Below, piece by piece: positions 63,324 to 64,000 of a stretch of DNA of 64,000 nucleotides. How positions within the stretch are numbered: position 1 is the stretch's first letter; every line of letters begins with the position of its first letter. The position numbers and the translations under genes were made by a program. The DNA comes from Podarcis melisellensis (lineage: Eukaryota), in assembly GCA_964234715.1 (NCBI GenBank), contig OZ174288.1. One strand, written 5' to 3'. The notes beneath the pieces were generated by a model. The model worked only from the letters and a program-made list of their open reading frames with translations, was not told where the DNA came from and did not search any database.

Positions 63324-63778
63324 GGTCTAAAGCACTGAGCCTCTTGGGCTTGCCGATCAGAAGGTTGGCAGTTCAAATCCACTAACGGGGTGAACTCCCA
63401 TTGCTCTGTCCCAGCTCCTGCCTACCTCGCAGTTTTAAAGCACACCAGTGCAAGTAGATAAATAGGTACTGCTGTGGCGGGAAGGTAAACGGTGTTTCCA
63501 TGCACTCTGGTTTCTGTCACGGTGTTCTGTTCATAGCTGTCAACGTTTCCCTTTTTTAAAGAGAAATTCCCTTATTCCAAATAGGATTCCTCAGAAGAAA
63601 AGGGAAAAGTTGACAGCTATGGTTCTGTTGCGCCAGAAGCCGTTTAGTCATGCTGGCCACATGACCTGGAAAGTTGTCTGTGGACAAACGCCGGCTCTCT
63701 TGGCCTGAAAGCAAGATGAGCGACGCAACCCCATAGTTGCCTTTAACTGGACTTAACCTTCCAGGGATCTTTTACCTT
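63324..63778 (+). mobile_element. Sauria SINE interrupted by a 90-bp MITE
   Basis: Family core on both sides of the insert; TTTTACCTT tail. Confidence 0.88.
63532..63621. mobile_element. 90-bp hAT MITE
   Basis: TIRs CATAGCTGTCAACGTTTCCCTTTT / AAAAGGGAAAAGTTGACAGCTATG; perfect 8-bp TSD GTTCTGTT at 63524-63531 and 63622-63629. Confidence 0.92.
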
Positions 63779-64000
63779 ATTACAATAAATAAAATATATT
63801 TTCAAAGAGGAAAAAGGATGTGGTAGTTTCATGCACATTCCAGATTTCCCTTTTCGTTGAACAATATCATTATAGCTTTTTATAGATTTCCCTTCAACAC
63901 ACCACTAATAAATTATTACTATTTACTGCGTTTTTTCACCAATTGTTGCATAAAATGTCTCAAAGTGACTTACAATTGTAAAAGGACACAGAATACAAAA

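Noticed and set aside
24250-63778. tRNA genes suggested by A/B-box motifs
   Set aside because: All are the tRNA-derived heads of SINEs and are followed by SINE bodies and tails.

Overview
Vertebrate genomic DNA, very likely from a lacertid lizard: Sauria SINEs, BovB, CR1, L2 and squamate-type MITEs are all present. The host gene is Sidekick-1 (SDK1) on the minus strand. Three coding exons are recognisable (exon 2 at 40791-40950, exon 3 at 31025-31131, exon 4 at 23659-23806); they join in frame and encode the N-terminal Ig domains. The rest of the window is intron, packed with nested transposable elements. The stand-out is a 1450-bp non-autonomous hAT (Charlie/Buster-type) DNA transposon at 8932-10381 in SDK1 intron 4, with perfect 15-bp TIRs and a perfect 8-bp TSD (TTCTAGAA). 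Its interior has been replaced by a CpG island, the 5'UTR, first coding exon (MTELQSALLLRRQLA) and splice donor of the unrelated gene UBE2G1. Downstream of this it keeps the last 41 codons of the transposase and AATAAA signals. It looks like a vertebrate Pack-type gene-capturing transposon carrying a portable promoter/exon-1 cassette, antisense to SDK1. Repeat family names come from recall of family hallmarks, not from database searches.
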